64,000 nucleotides of DNA from Dehalococcoidia bacterium (GCA_030740155.1 JASLXV010000054.1:32001-96000); one strand, 5' to 3'. Shown: positions 32,016-42,444, counted from the stretch's first letter. Program-made: numbers and translations. Notes: generated from the letters alone by a model not told the origin.

Positions 32016-32537
32016 TTAACCCCTCGGCCCCCCGGCATGCTCCCCTTCTTCCAGCACCTGAGCAATCAACTCCTGATGAGCCTGCCGGTCCAGGGAACGC
32101 CGGATCACCCGCTCGGCCGCGGTAATGGCCAAGTCGCCAAAGTTGGCCCGTACCTCTTCAATGGCCGCGTCCCGCTCCCGCTGGATGTCAGAACGGGCGC
32201 GCTCCACGAATGCCTCCGCTTCCTGCTGGGCCCGTTCCATCTCCTCACCACGAAACCGCTCAGAGGCCTCCCGGGCCTGTTCCAGCAACTGCTGTCCCTC
32301 CCGGCGGGCTTCGTTGAGCTGCGCCTCGACGGCTGCCTCAGAGGTGGCCGCCGACGCCTGGGCCCGTTCCGCGGCTTCCAGGCTCTCCTGAATACGCCCG
32401 GACCGCTGGTCCAAGACGCGAAGGAGCGGCCTGTAGGCGAAGAAGACGAGCACACCCAACAGGATGAGGAAGTTGAGGACGTACGCTATCAGACTGGGTA
32501 GGTTGACTCCCAGCTCAGTGATCCCCAGTAGCGTCAT
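32016..32537 (-). CDS. atpF: ATP synthase F0 subunit b
   Basis: N-terminal TM (NFLIL...FAYRP) followed by coiled coil. Confidence 0.95.
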   Translation of the reverse strand: MTLLGITELGVNLPSLIAYVLNFLILLGVLVFFAYRPLLRVLDQRSGRIQESLEAAERAQASAATSEAAVEAQLNEARREGQQLLEQAREASERFRGEEMERAQQEAEAFVERARSDIQRERDAAIEEVRANFGDLAITAAERVIRRSLDRQAHQELIAQVLEEGEHAGGPRG

Positions 32538-32538
32538 G

Positions 32539-32799
<261 letters not shown>

Positions 32800-33020
32800 T
32801 TATCCTCCTACGACGTTCTTCATTTCAAATTTCCAGAATGATCGCACCGGACCAAGCCGGTTAATCGCCCAAGTCCCAACCCTTCAATCGACTCCGGATT
32901 TCACCCGGTTTCAGCCCGGTTCACCCGGGCATTGGACGGGCCGCCTCCGCGACCGGAGCGTTTCCGTCCCTCGCCGATCGTGGCGGCGCCGTCTCCCAAC
33001 CGGAGGCGCACTGCATCAGC

Positions 33021-34004
33021 TTAATGCTCTTCATGCCGGACCGCAACTGAAAGGAACACCACGGTGAGGCTAGCGAAGATCACCGACTGAATCAGCCCCA
33101 CCAGCAGCTCCAGGCCGAACACGAACTGGGTGGCCACGAAAGGGACCAGGAAGGTTATCATCACGACCAGGATTTCTCCGGCCGTCATGTTGCCGAAGAG
33201 CCGGAAGGTGAAGCTCACCACCCGCACCAACTCACTGGTAAGCTCTAGAAACCCCACGAAGGCGTCGATCAAGCCCATCGGCTTACCCCGGAGCAGATTC
33301 CCCAGGGCAAAGAATTTCTTTAAGTAGGCGAACTTGTGGGCTCGGAGGCCCCAGTACTCCACGAAAACGAAGGAGACCAACGCCAGCGCCAGGGGCATGT
33401 TCAGGTCCGTTCCCGCCGACCGCAGCAGGTGGGCCTTGATGTCCCCATCAACGACGAAGCCAAGGAACTGATAGAAGGGGAGAAGGGCCAGCCAGGCGTT
33501 GAACAGGACGAAGAAGAAGATGGTGGCGACAATCGGGAAAGCCTTCTTCGCCATTTCGGAGCCCAGAACGCTGCTGCAAAAACCGAGGAGCGCTTCAAAC
33601 AGGACTTCCACCAGGCCTTGAAAGCGGCCGGGCACCAGGCTCTTTTTTCGGGCAGCCATGACAAAGAAGAGGATGATGACGAGGGTGGCGAACCAGGACG
33701 CGAGGAGGGTGTTGGTGACGGCGAACTGGGTCATACCCAGCGGCTTCGAGTGGGCCTCTTCGGCAGCGTCCTCCGAGGCTTCTCCGTCGTGGGCTCCAGT
33801 GTCGGTTAGGCCGAGGTGTTCATCGCGAGTGGAGGAGGGGAAAACCGGCTGGGGCGGAAGGTGGATCTCCGGTTTATCCAAGAATTGATCGGTACCAAAC
33901 ATGGCCGAACCGATGGCGCCGAACGTGAAACCCGCTACCAGCAGCGCCACCATGCCCAGGCCAACCACTACCAGCAGCTTCTTCGCTACAGTCCCCGATG
34001 GCAC
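33021..34004 (-). CDS. atpB: ATP synthase F0 subunit a
   Basis: FRLFGNMTAGE and IQSVIFASL motifs. Confidence 0.96.
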   Translation of the reverse strand: MPSGTVAKKLLVVVGLGMVALLVAGFTFGAIGSAMFGTDQFLDKPEIHLPPQPVFPSSTRDEHLGLTDTGAHDGEASEDAAEEAHSKPLGMTQFAVTNTLLASWFATLVIILFFVMAARKKSLVPGRFQGLVEVLFEALLGFCSSVLGSEMAKKAFPIVATIFFFVLFNAWLALLPFYQFLGFVVDGDIKAHLLRSAGTDLNMPLALALVSFVFVEYWGLRAHKFAYLKKFFALGNLLRGKPMGLIDAFVGFLELTSELVRVVSFTFRLFGNMTAGEILVVMITFLVPFVATQFVFGLELLVGLIQSVIFASLTVVFLSVAVRHEEH

Positions 34005-34246
34005 TAGCGATTCCTGCCCTTTCCGCTCATATCACCCCGTTTGGCGCTGTTCAGGACCGGCTGCACCAATTTATAGAGACCCCAAAAAGCCACGACCGTG
34101 CCCAGCACGGTACCCAATGCAAAAAACAGGGGTGTGGTGCCTGCCAACTTGTCTAGTCCGAGCCCCCCGACTATACCCAGCACAATGCACGCGGCTACGT
34201 ACCAGCCGAGCCCCAGGAAGCGCAGACCAATGACCCAACCGTTCAT
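34004..34246 (-). CDS. AtpZ/AtpI family protein
   Basis: Two TM helices with G..LD...GT.P; first gene of the atp operon. Confidence 0.88.
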   Translation of the reverse strand: MNGWVIGLRFLGLGWYVAACIVLGIVGGLGLDKLAGTTPLFFALGTVLGTVVAFWGLYKLVQPVLNSAKRGDMSGKGRNR

Positions 34247-34258
34247 CCTCGAAAAACC

Positions 34259-34276
34259 TCGTGAATCGTATCACGA
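34259..34276. promoter_or_regulatory. Rex-like 18-bp operator upstream of the atp operon
   Basis: TCGTGAATCGTATCACGA has 6-bp palindromic arms and the same geometry as the Rex consensus. Confidence 0.55.
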
Positions 34277-34394
34277 TGTTTTTGCAAAAGTCAATCGAAG
34301 CCGGGGCCACTAAATTCGTGCCCAGCGGCAGAGAAAAACCCAGGCGGTCGACACGCCTGGGTCTATTTCCTCGCTGGGGCGGCCGTCGCCCACG

Positions 34395-34955
34395 TCACTT
34401 GCCCGGCCGTTCCTTGCCGAAGTCCTCCAGGTCCAAGGTGTCGATGAACTCGGTGAACGCAGACATCCGCCGCAACTCCTCCTCGTCGAGTTCGACGGGC
34501 GCTCCCGACCCTTCCCCTTCCGCCGGTTCGGAGCCGATGGGCTTGCCAGTCTCCTTGTCCAGCAGGATCCCAGCCTTGTCCAGGACCGATTCCTCGGCGT
34601 AAATGGGCACTTGCGCCCGCACCGCCAGGGCTACCGCATCGCTGGGCCGGCAATCGATCTCCTTGGCTTCCCCGTTGGTCTGGATAGAGATCTTCGCGTA
34701 GAAGGTATCGTTATGTAAATCATTGACCAGGATATGCTTGACCGACCCGCCCAGAGTATCTATCACCGTACGGAGCAGATCGTGGGTCAGGGGCCGGGGC
34801 ACGCTGAGGTCTTGGAGTTTAACCGCGATGGCATCGGCCTCCGCGGGGCCGATCCAGATAGGCAGATACCGGTCAGCGTCCTTCTCTTTCAGGATCACTA
34901 CCCGCTGATAGTTCATCGAGCTGACCCGTACGCTGTCTATGGTCATCTCCAGCAT
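34395..34955 (-). CDS. Bifunctional nuclease family (DUF151) protein
   Basis: LPIWIG..EA, RPLTHDL and DCRPSDA motifs. Confidence 0.94.
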   Translation of the reverse strand: MLEMTIDSVRVSSMNYQRVVILKEKDADRYLPIWIGPAEADAIAVKLQDLSVPRPLTHDLLRTVIDTLGGSVKHILVNDLHNDTFYAKISIQTNGEAKEIDCRPSDAVALAVRAQVPIYAEESVLDKAGILLDKETGKPIGSEPAEGEGSGAPVELDEEELRRMSAFTEFIDTLDLEDFGKERPGK

Positions 34956-35266
34956 TCCTGCTGCCTCCGTGCCCTGCCTTGACCTCTGGAAAAATTGTAT
35001 GCCCCACCAAGAATCAATGTCAACCCAACTTCACCCCGGGCCTGGCTTGCACCCCCTTGGAATAGAGGCAGGGCAGCCCCTCACCGGTCCTCACTCTATC
35101 GGGCCTCCCGCCGGTCTCCCAGGTGCGGCTCCAGCGGACCGCGTCCGGGGGCTCCTCCTGCCCTCAAGCTGCATCTAACTTAGCTACAGTTGAGTGTATA
35201 ATACCGATTGGAAGCCCCCCAAGGGGTGTTTCTCCCGTCATCAAGCAAACCCGCCGGAGGCGCTGT

Positions 35267-37723
35267 ATGCCCAAGAATAATGAACACCGGGTGCCATGGC
35301 AACAGACTTGCTGGAGCTGCAACAGCGAGGCCTTCGGCTTCCAGTGTACCGACGAGCTTACGCCTTTGGACCGCTTGATCGGCCAGGACCGGGCGGAGGA
35401 GGCCCTCCGCTTCGGACTGGAGGTCGACAAGCCCGGCTATAACCTGTTCGTTACCGGGTTGACCGGTACCGGCAAGACCAGTGCGATAAAATCCCACCTC
35501 CAAATGATCGTCGGTGAACTGGCCCGCCAGGACCGGCGGAAACACATCAGCGACTGGTGCTACGTTTACAATTTCGACGACGCCGACCGGCCCCAGGTCC
35601 TCCGCCTCCCCCCTGGCACCGGCAAGACCCTGCGCAACCGGCTGAGTGAAACCCTGCGGGTGCTTGGCGTGGAGGTCCCCAAGGTCTTCAAGAGCGAGGA
35701 CTACGAGACTCAGCGCCGCAGCCTGGAGGAGGCCGACCGGCAGGCCAGCCGGACCTTGATGGCTCAACTGGAGAAGGCAGCCGAGGAGGCCAGTTTTGGC
35801 GTGCAGGTCGCTCCCTCGGGCGTGACCATATTCCCCTTGTTGAATAAGCGGCCCATGGACCCCGAGGAGTACCAGGCGCTGGACCCCGAGCAAAAGAAAG
35901 CCATCGACAGCAAAAGGGGCCAGCTGATGCAGCGAACCCAGGACGTGGTGGCCAGTATCCGGGAGATCGAAAAAGGCGCCTCGGAAAAGTTACAGAACCT
36001 GGAACGGGCGTCGGCCCGCGAACGGGTCGACGACATTTTCCAGGACCTCATCGACTCCTATCCGGACATTGGCGACCTGAAGCGATTCCTCGAGCGGCTG
36101 ATGAGCTACGTGTTGGACAATCTGGACCTGTTCAAGGAGTCTGAAACGCCGCCGCCGCCGCTAACCCCCGGAACCGCGCCATCCATGGGGAGCGATATCC
36201 TGACCATGAGCCCTTTCCTTCCCTTCGAGGTCAATGTCCTGGTGGACAACAGCGACGTGGACCGCGTGCCGATCATCATCGAGCCCAATCCCAACTGGGG
36301 AAACCTTTTCGGGCGCATCGAGCGGCGGGCCATCATGGGCGCTTACGTCAGCGATCACGCCATGCTGAAGCCGGGGGCTTTCCACCTGGCCAACGGCGGC
36401 TACCTGGTGATCAACGCCCGGGATGTGTTGTCCTCCCCCCATGTTTGGGAAGGCCTGAAGCGGTCGATCCGTAACCGGGAGGTCCGCCTCGAAGACCCGA
36501 CGGAGCAAGCCGGATTCTTTATCCCCCAGGGGCTGCGTCCCGAGCCGATCCCGCTTCACGTAAAGGTCATCGTCACCGGGGACGAGGCCATCTACCGGCT
36601 GCTGAACTCGGTGGACCAGGAAGACTTCTGGGACCTCTTCAAGGTCAAAGCCGAGTTCGATTTCCGTGTCGAACTCACCGACGACAACCTGCGGGCCTAC
36701 TGTGCTTTCATCTGCCGCATCTGTGCCGACGAGGAGCTTCTGTCCTTCGAGTCGGGCGCCGCCGCCGAGGTGGTGGAGTACGCCGCCCGGCTGGTGGCCG
36801 ACCAGAATAAACTCTCCACCCGGTTCGGACAGATCAAGGATCTGCTCATCGAGGCCGACTATTGGGCCCGCAAGGAATCCTCCCCGCGGGTTCAGGACCT
36901 GCACGTGCGTCAGGCAGTGGCCCACAAGCTCTATCGCCTGAACCTGGTGGAAGAACGCATGAGGGAAATGGTGGCCGATGGGTCGTTGCTGATCGAGGTG
37001 AGCGGCTCGGTGGTGGGCCAGGTCAACGGGCTGGCCGTTTACGACCTGGGAGACTTCAGCTTCGGCCGCCCCGCCCGGATCACGACCCAAACCTTTGCCG
37101 GCCGGGAAGGGATCATCAACATCGAGCGGGAAGCCTCCCTCAGCGGCGCCACCCACGACAAGGGGGTTTTGATTCTCAGCGGCTACCTGGGAGCCAAGTA
37201 CGGCCAAAGACGGCCCTTGACCCTCTCCGCCAGCCTGTGCTTCGAACAGTCCTACAGCGGCGTCGACGGGGACAGCGCCTCCTCCGCCGAGGTGTATGCC
37301 ATTGTCTCAAGCCTTTCTGCGTTACCCCTGCGGCAGGACATTGCAGTCACCGGTTCGGTCAACCAGAAGGGGGAAATCCAGCCCATCGGTGGCGTCAACC
37401 AGAAGATAGAGGGGATGTTCGACCTGTGCCGCATCTCCGGCCTGACCGGAACCCAGGGGGTCCTGATCCCTCATCAGAACCGCCGGAACCTGATGCTTCG
37501 CGCCGACGTGGTGCAAGCAATCAGAGAAAACCAGTTCCACATCTACGCCATCAAGAACATTGACGAAGGGCTGGAAATCCTGACGGGCTATCCGGCCGGC
37601 GAGCGCCAAGCCAACGGCAGATACCCGAAAGCCACCGTCGGCCACCTGGTGGAAAAGCGCCTGGAGGAGCTGAACCAGTCCATGCGCGGGTATTATGACG
37701 AGTTGCTGACCACCGCGAAATAG
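35267..37723 (+). CDS. Lon-type protease (LonB/LonC-like AAA plus S16 domain)
   Basis: IGQDRA, GLTGTGKT, ANGGYL, VDGDSASSAE and IGGVNQKIEG motifs. ATG 35267 follows GGAGG. Confidence 0.92.
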   Translation: MPKNNEHRVPWQQTCWSCNSEAFGFQCTDELTPLDRLIGQDRAEEALRFGLEVDKPGYNLFVTGLTGTGKTSAIKSHLQMIVGELARQDRRKHISDWCYVYNFDDADRPQVLRLPPGTGKTLRNRLSETLRVLGVEVPKVFKSEDYETQRRSLEEADRQASRTLMAQLEKAAEEASFGVQVAPSGVTIFPLLNKRPMDPEEYQALDPEQKKAIDSKRGQLMQRTQDVVASIREIEKGASEKLQNLERASARERVDDIFQDLIDSYPDIGDLKRFLERLMSYVLDNLDLFKESETPPPPLTPGTAPSMGSDILTMSPFLPFEVNVLVDNSDVDRVPIIIEPNPNWGNLFGRIERRAIMGAYVSDHAMLKPGAFHLANGGYLVINARDVLSSPHVWEGLKRSIRNREVRLEDPTEQAGFFIPQGLRPEPIPLHVKVIVTGDEAIYRLLNSVDQEDFWDLFKVKAEFDFRVELTDDNLRAYCAFICRICADEELLSFESGAAAEVVEYAARLVADQNKLSTRFGQIKDLLIEADYWARKESSPRVQDLHVRQAVAHKLYRLNLVEERMREMVADGSLLIEVSGSVVGQVNGLAVYDLGDFSFGRPARITTQTFAGREGIINIEREASLSGATHDKGVLILSGYLGAKYGQRRPLTLSASLCFEQSYSGVDGDSASSAEVYAIVSSLSALPLRQDIAVTGSVNQKGEIQPIGGVNQKIEGMFDLCRISGLTGTQGVLIPHQNRRNLMLRADVVQAIRENQFHIYAIKNIDEGLEILTGYPAGERQANGRYPKATVGHLVEKRLEELNQSMRGYYDELLTTAK

Positions 37724-37905
37724 GTGCTTCGTCCCCAGGGTTCTTGGCCGTCTTCAGCCACCCCCGGAAGCGACGCCTCGAACCGTCCGCGCTCTCACGA
37801 AAGGCAGACCCCTTCCCTGGCTAGAGGCTTGCCTCGCAACCGTCGTTCCGAGTGTCGTGCCCCGGTGGGCCGCCACCGGCGGATGATAATCCACTTTAAG
37901 AGCAG

Positions 37906-37992
37906 GAGCGAGGCAACGAGGAATCTGGTGCGCGGTTCCTCGTTAGCAAAGCGGACCGGCCACCCCAGACTCCTCGCTTCACTCGAAGTAAC
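37906..37992. repeat. Degenerate REP doublet (GAGCGAAGCGAAGAATCT / AGATTCTTCGCTTC type)
   Basis: GAGCGAGGCAACGAGGAATCT ... AGACTCCTCGCTTCACTC; related to 42569 and 63235. Confidence 0.6.
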
Positions 37993-38288
37993 ATGCTCCG
38001 GGGTGCTCTTGAGGCAAGTGGTTGGATGGGGGTTAGAGGTACGAGTGGCTGCGATAACCGGCTAAGGAACGAGGCGCTTGGCTCCGGGTCCTTTCCGGGC
38101 AGGGCCGGCAATAATGAGCGCACCCCAGGATTCAACCGACATCGGGGAACGGTTGAGGACTGGGGTGCTTTACTGCCGGCGCGTCCGCGGCTGGGACCAC
38201 CCCGAGGCGTTCCCGCCTGGGGCGTCGCCACCCGGCCGGAGACAGTTGCCTTTGCTAGCGGTGTACCCCGGGGGGATACCGGTTTGGG

Positions 38289-38804
38289 CTATTCGTCGGC
38301 GTAGCGCCCGTTGTTGAGACCCGCCGCCGCCTGGTCTGCCAGGACTTCAATCCCTTTGCGGACCGATCCGGTCAGGTTGGCCAGTTCCCTTTCCAAGCCA
38401 CGCAGGCTGCGCAGGGCGTAGGCATCGGCCTCGGTTTGCCTGGATCTGGCCTGGGCCTCCGTCTGATCCAGCATACGGCCGCACCGCTGTTCGGCGTCCT
38501 TCAGGGTTTCCTCGGCCCGGCTCTCCGCCAGCGCCACCAGTTCACTCGTCTCCAGCCGCTGCCTGAACTCGTCCTCGGCCTGGGACTTGGTGCGCCGGGC
38601 GTCTACTTGCGCCGAATTGATGATGTGGTCCTTCTGGGACAACACCTCTTCGGCAGCCCGGACTTCCTGAGGAATGGCCAGGCGCAACTGATCCACCAGT
38701 TCAGTGACCTTCTTTCTATCTATGAGAATATTCCCACTCACCGGCACTGTCTTGCTGGTTTCGATCAGGGTTTCCATTCGGTCGATAATATTTATGATAT
38801 CTAT
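38289..38804 (-). CDS. Conserved coiled-coil protein downstream of coaD (start uncertain; ATA 38804 or ATG 38777)
   Basis: IDRME.L......P....IDR......DQLR.AIP.E...A pattern and ADAYA; typical rsmD-coaD-X synteny. Confidence 0.8.
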   Translation of the reverse strand: MDIINIIDRMETLIETSKTVPVSGNILIDRKKVTELVDQLRLAIPQEVRAAEEVLSQKDHIINSAQVDARRTKSQAEDEFRQRLETSELVALAESRAEETLKDAEQRCGRMLDQTEAQARSRQTEADAYALRSLRGLERELANLTGSVRKGIEVLADQAAAGLNNGRYADE

Positions 38805-38832
38805 GATGTCCCCCTTCTTCCGGCCACTGCCC

Positions 38833-39321
38833 TCACAAGACCGGCAACCCGAATTTTGTGTAAACCGCCTCGGCCACATGGGGAGGTACCATACTGTTGA
38901 CATCCCCGCCGAGTTGGGCCACCTCCTTTAGGAGGCTGGAACTGACGAACATATGCTCTTGGGAAGTCATGAAGAATACCATGTCGAGGTTTGGCTCCAA
39001 TCGACGGTTCATGAAAGCCATATCGAACTCGTACTCAAAATCCGAGCCGCTTCTCAAACCTCGGACGATGGCCTCCGCGCCGGTCTGTTTGGCGAAACGG
39101 ACCACGAGTCCCTCGAACTTGGTCACCTCTACGTTGGGCAGGTGCTCGACGGCTTTTTCAAATAGCCGAACCCGTTCGTCGGAGTTGAATAATAGCTTCT
39201 TGGATGGCACCGCATAAACCGCCACGACCACCTTACCGAATAGGGCCGAGGCGCGCTGGACGACATCCACATGTCCCAGACTTACCGGGTCGAAGCTGCC
39301 GGGGTAAATAGCAGTTGTCAC
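38833..39321 (-). CDS. coaD: Pantetheine-phosphate adenylyltransferase
   Basis: YPGSFDP...GH, RGLR..SDFEYE and SSSLLKE motifs. Confidence 0.97.
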   Translation of the reverse strand: MTTAIYPGSFDPVSLGHVDVVQRASALFGKVVVAVYAVPSKKLLFNSDERVRLFEKAVEHLPNVEVTKFEGLVVRFAKQTGAEAIVRGLRSGSDFEYEFDMAFMNRRLEPNLDMVFFMTSQEHMFVSSSLLKEVAQLGGDVNSMVPPHVAEAVYTKFGLPVL

Positions 39322-39875
39322 AGGTCGTTTTCTCTCACGTAGAAGTCCACCACATTGTCTCCATAGCGCCGGTGGGAAACTAGGCTCAAGAAGCCGTACT
39401 GAGGCGAAAGTGACAGGTGTTTGGAGTGCCCCGCCACCACATGGCCGCCGCCGACGATCAGCCGGGGCGTGGCTCCGATCCTTTCCAGCACTTCATCTAA
39501 ATCTAGCATCCGATAGGGCGGATCCAGTAATACCAACTCATACGGGCCGGGCAGGGTGGCCAGGCTCCGGTCCACATCAGTGCAGTAAACCCTCGCGCTG
39601 GCGGTGAAGCCGGTGGTCTCCAGATTGGACTGGATCACCTGACACTGACGGCGGTCTCGCTCCACGAAGTCAGCCCAACCGGCCCCGCGGCTCAAAGCCT
39701 CTATTCCCAGGCTGCCGGTACCCGCGAAAAGGTCCAGTACCCTCTCTGGTTGATCCAACTCACCCTGGAGTATGTTGAAGATGGCCGCCCGCACTCGCTC
39801 CGTGGTAGGACGCGCACCGGGGGCGACGGCCCCCTTCAGCCTCTGTCCCTTAGCTTTACCACCAACCACTCGCAT
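39318..39875 (-). CDS. rsmD: 16S rRNA m2G966 methyltransferase
   Basis: RPTTERVR, LDLFAGTGSLGIEALSRGA and DPPY motifs. Confidence 0.96.
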   Translation of the reverse strand: MRVVGGKAKGQRLKGAVAPGARPTTERVRAAIFNILQGELDQPERVLDLFAGTGSLGIEALSRGAGWADFVERDRRQCQVIQSNLETTGFTASARVYCTDVDRSLATLPGPYELVLLDPPYRMLDLDEVLERIGATPRLIVGGGHVVAGHSKHLSLSPQYGFLSLVSHRRYGDNVVDFYVRENDL

Positions 39876-40046
39876 TGGTCCTGCAAAGCTGGATTATACA
39901 TAATGTCAAGTTCTTTTCCTAGCAAACGCCGGGCCGGTTTCGAGCATTTTGTGGCCTGCGTCCGCTCGGTTTGCCGGGTATGGACCCCCGCCACGGGCTC
40001 CTTAGACCGGAAGGCCGGCGGGCGCGTTACGAGCCGCCCGCCCAAG

Positions 40047-40075
40047 TTGACGCTCCTAGCCGCCTATGCTAACAT
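40047..40075 (+). promoter_or_regulatory. Sigma70-type promoter
   Basis: TTGACG-17 nt-TAACAT with an extended TG. Confidence 0.55.
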
Positions 40076-40280
40076 CCAGCCCACCTGTGAACCTATTGCT
40101 TCACCTTACTTCACCGCGCCCCCGCGGCGTTTGAAACGGTTTCATATTCTGCCTGTGCCGGGCCGAATACAGGGTAAGAGGATTGGTCGCCTGGTCGCCT
40201 TCGAGCCCAATGGATTCACAGACTCGCTGGGGGAGCTATAATAGACTGGTGACAACGGCACTCAAGGGAACAGAACCGGA

Positions 40281-41219
40281 ATGAACCTTCGCCACCAGTT
40301 GGCTAGCGCCGCCCCGGATCAGGATACCGTGCTCACCTTGGGTGTGTTCGATGGGGTCCATCTGGGTCACCAGCACCTAATTCGGCGGCTCATCCAGATG
40401 GCTGGGCCGGCCTGTGTGCCGGCCGTCCTCACCTTCAGCAACCACCCCGCCACCGTACTGCGCCCCGGCACCCACATCGGTTACCTCAATACTGCCGCGG
40501 AAAAGGTCCGCCTGATCCAAGAGCAAGGCGTTGAGCTGGTGGTTAGCCTGGATTTCACCCCGGAGGTGGCGCGAGTCAGCGCCAAGGATTTCTCCGCCAT
40601 GCTCGTCGAGATCTTTCGAACCAAAGGGCTGGTGCTGGGCCCCGACGCGGCGCTGGGCCACAATCGAGAGGGCACCGTGGACTACCTGAGGCGCCGCGGC
40701 GACGAGCTGGGGTTTTGGGTCGAGACGGTACATCCCCTGGTCCTGGACGGCGCCGAAGTGAAGAGCAGCCGCATCCGCACGGCCGTCTTGCAGGGGGATA
40801 TGGCCGCCTGCGCCCGGCTGCTGAGCCGCAAGTTTTCCATCAACGGCCAAGTGGTGGAAGGCGACCGTCGCGGCAAGCAATTGGGCTTCCCCACCGCCAA
40901 CTTGGAAGTAGAGCCAGGCATGATGGTGCCCGGGGACGGCATCTACGCCACCTGGGCCGACATCGACGGAGTTCGGCACCCATCGGCCACCAGCATCGGG
41001 GTACGCCCCACCTTTGGGCTGACCCAGCGGTTGGTGGAGGTATACGTGATCGATTTCGATGGCGATCTCTATGGAAAGGACCTGTGCGTCGAGTTCGTGG
41101 GCAAGCTGCGGAACCAGCAGACCTTCCCCGGCGTTGAAGCGCTGATCGATCAGATCAACCGCGATGTGGCCGGCTCCCGGCTGGTCCTGGCGGAAGACCG
41201 GAGGACCCACGTTGCTTGA
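40281..41219 (+). CDS. ribF: Bifunctional riboflavin kinase/FAD synthetase
   Basis: GVFDGVHLGHQ, SSRIR, LGFPTAN and GVRPTF motifs. Confidence 0.97.
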   Translation: MNLRHQLASAAPDQDTVLTLGVFDGVHLGHQHLIRRLIQMAGPACVPAVLTFSNHPATVLRPGTHIGYLNTAAEKVRLIQEQGVELVVSLDFTPEVARVSAKDFSAMLVEIFRTKGLVLGPDAALGHNREGTVDYLRRRGDELGFWVETVHPLVLDGAEVKSSRIRTAVLQGDMAACARLLSRKFSINGQVVEGDRRGKQLGFPTANLEVEPGMMVPGDGIYATWADIDGVRHPSATSIGVRPTFGLTQRLVEVYVIDFDGDLYGKDLCVEFVGKLRNQQTFPGVEALIDQINRDVAGSRLVLAEDRRTHVA

Positions 41220-42444
41220 CGCCGAAACCGTCAAGAAGATTACGGAGCGGGGCGTCAGCGACATAATCTCCCGGGGTGAGTTCGTTAACCTGTTGCAGAG
41301 GGGCGCCCCCCTCCGGCTGAAGATGGGGTTCGACCCCAGCCGCCCCGATATTCACCTGGGCCACGTGGTAGGCCTCCGAAAGCTCCGCCAACTCCAGGAG
41401 CTGGGCCACCAGGTCATCTTGATCGTCGGCGACTGGACCGCGCAGATCGGCGACCCCAGCGGCCAGTCCGCCACCCGCCCCATGCTGACCCACCAGGAAG
41501 TGATTGACAACGCCGAATCCTACCTGCGCCAGTTTTTCAAGGTGGTGGACAAGGACCGGGCGGAGGTTATTTGGCAGAGTGAGTGGTTCGGTAAGTTCAC
41601 CCTGGCAGATGTAATCGGGCTGACGGGAAAGTTCACCGTGGCCCAGTTCTTGGAAAGGGATGACTTCGCCAAGCGGTTCAAGGAACACAAGCCCATCGCA
41701 ATTACCGAACTGCTGTACCCGCTCCTTCAAGCCTACGATTCCGTGGCCATCCGGTCGGATGTGGAGTTCGGGGGCACCGACCAGATGTTCAACCTGCTGG
41801 TTGGGCGGGAACTCCAGCGCATGATGGGCCAGACTCCCCAGCAGTGCTTCCTGATGCCCCTCCTGGTGGGCACCGACGGCGTGCAGAAGATGAGCAAGAG
41901 CCTGGACAACTACGTCGGGGTGGAAGAGCCGCCCATCGAAATGTACGGCAAGCTCATGTCCCTGCCCGACGAGCTGATTGCTCCCTACTTCGGCTACCTC
42001 ACCGACATTCCCGACGCCGAATTGGCGGCCATGTCCCATGACCTATCTTCCGAGGCATTCAACCCGATGGGACTCAAGAAGCGCCTCGCCCGGGAAATCG
42101 CCGCCCAGTTCCACGGCAAAGAGGCGGCGGACGCGGCCCAAGCCCACTTCGAGCGAGTGGTCCAGCGCCGGGACCTGCCCGACGAGATACCGGAAAAGGC
42201 TTTCACTCAGTTCGGTACCGAAGCCGGGGAGATCAAGGCGCCTCGGCTGAGCAGGTACCTGGTAGACCTTGGGCTGGCGGAAAGCAGTTCAGAGGCCAAG
42301 CGTTTCATAACCCAGGCAGCCGTGGTCCGCCACCGATCGGGCACATCCGTCACCCTCGACTCAGACACTGCCGTAATGGATACGCGCCCGGATGACGTAA
42401 TCCAAGTCGGCAAACGCCGCTTTGTCCGCCTGGTGGAGCGGTAG
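41212..42444 (+). CDS. tyrS: Tyrosine--tRNA ligase
   Basis: GFDPS..DIHLGH, YPLLQAYD, GGTDQ and KMSKS motifs. TTG 41212 follows GGAGGA. Confidence 0.97.
   Translation: MLDAETVKKITERGVSDIISRGEFVNLLQRGAPLRLKMGFDPSRPDIHLGHVVGLRKLRQLQELGHQVILIVGDWTAQIGDPSGQSATRPMLTHQEVIDNAESYLRQFFKVVDKDRAEVIWQSEWFGKFTLADVIGLTGKFTVAQFLERDDFAKRFKEHKPIAITELLYPLLQAYDSVAIRSDVEFGGTDQMFNLLVGRELQRMMGQTPQQCFLMPLLVGTDGVQKMSKSLDNYVGVEEPPIEMYGKLMSLPDELIAPYFGYLTDIPDAELAAMSHDLSSEAFNPMGLKKRLAREIAAQFHGKEAADAAQAHFERVVQRRDLPDEIPEKAFTQFGTEAGEIKAPRLSRYLVDLGLAESSSEAKRFITQAAVVRHRSGTSVTLDSDTAVMDTRPDDVIQVGKRRFVRLVER

Noticed and set aside
40080..40280. FMN riboswitch upstream of ribF
   Set aside because: Lacks the conserved RFN sequence blocks; kept only as a generic structured-RNA candidate.
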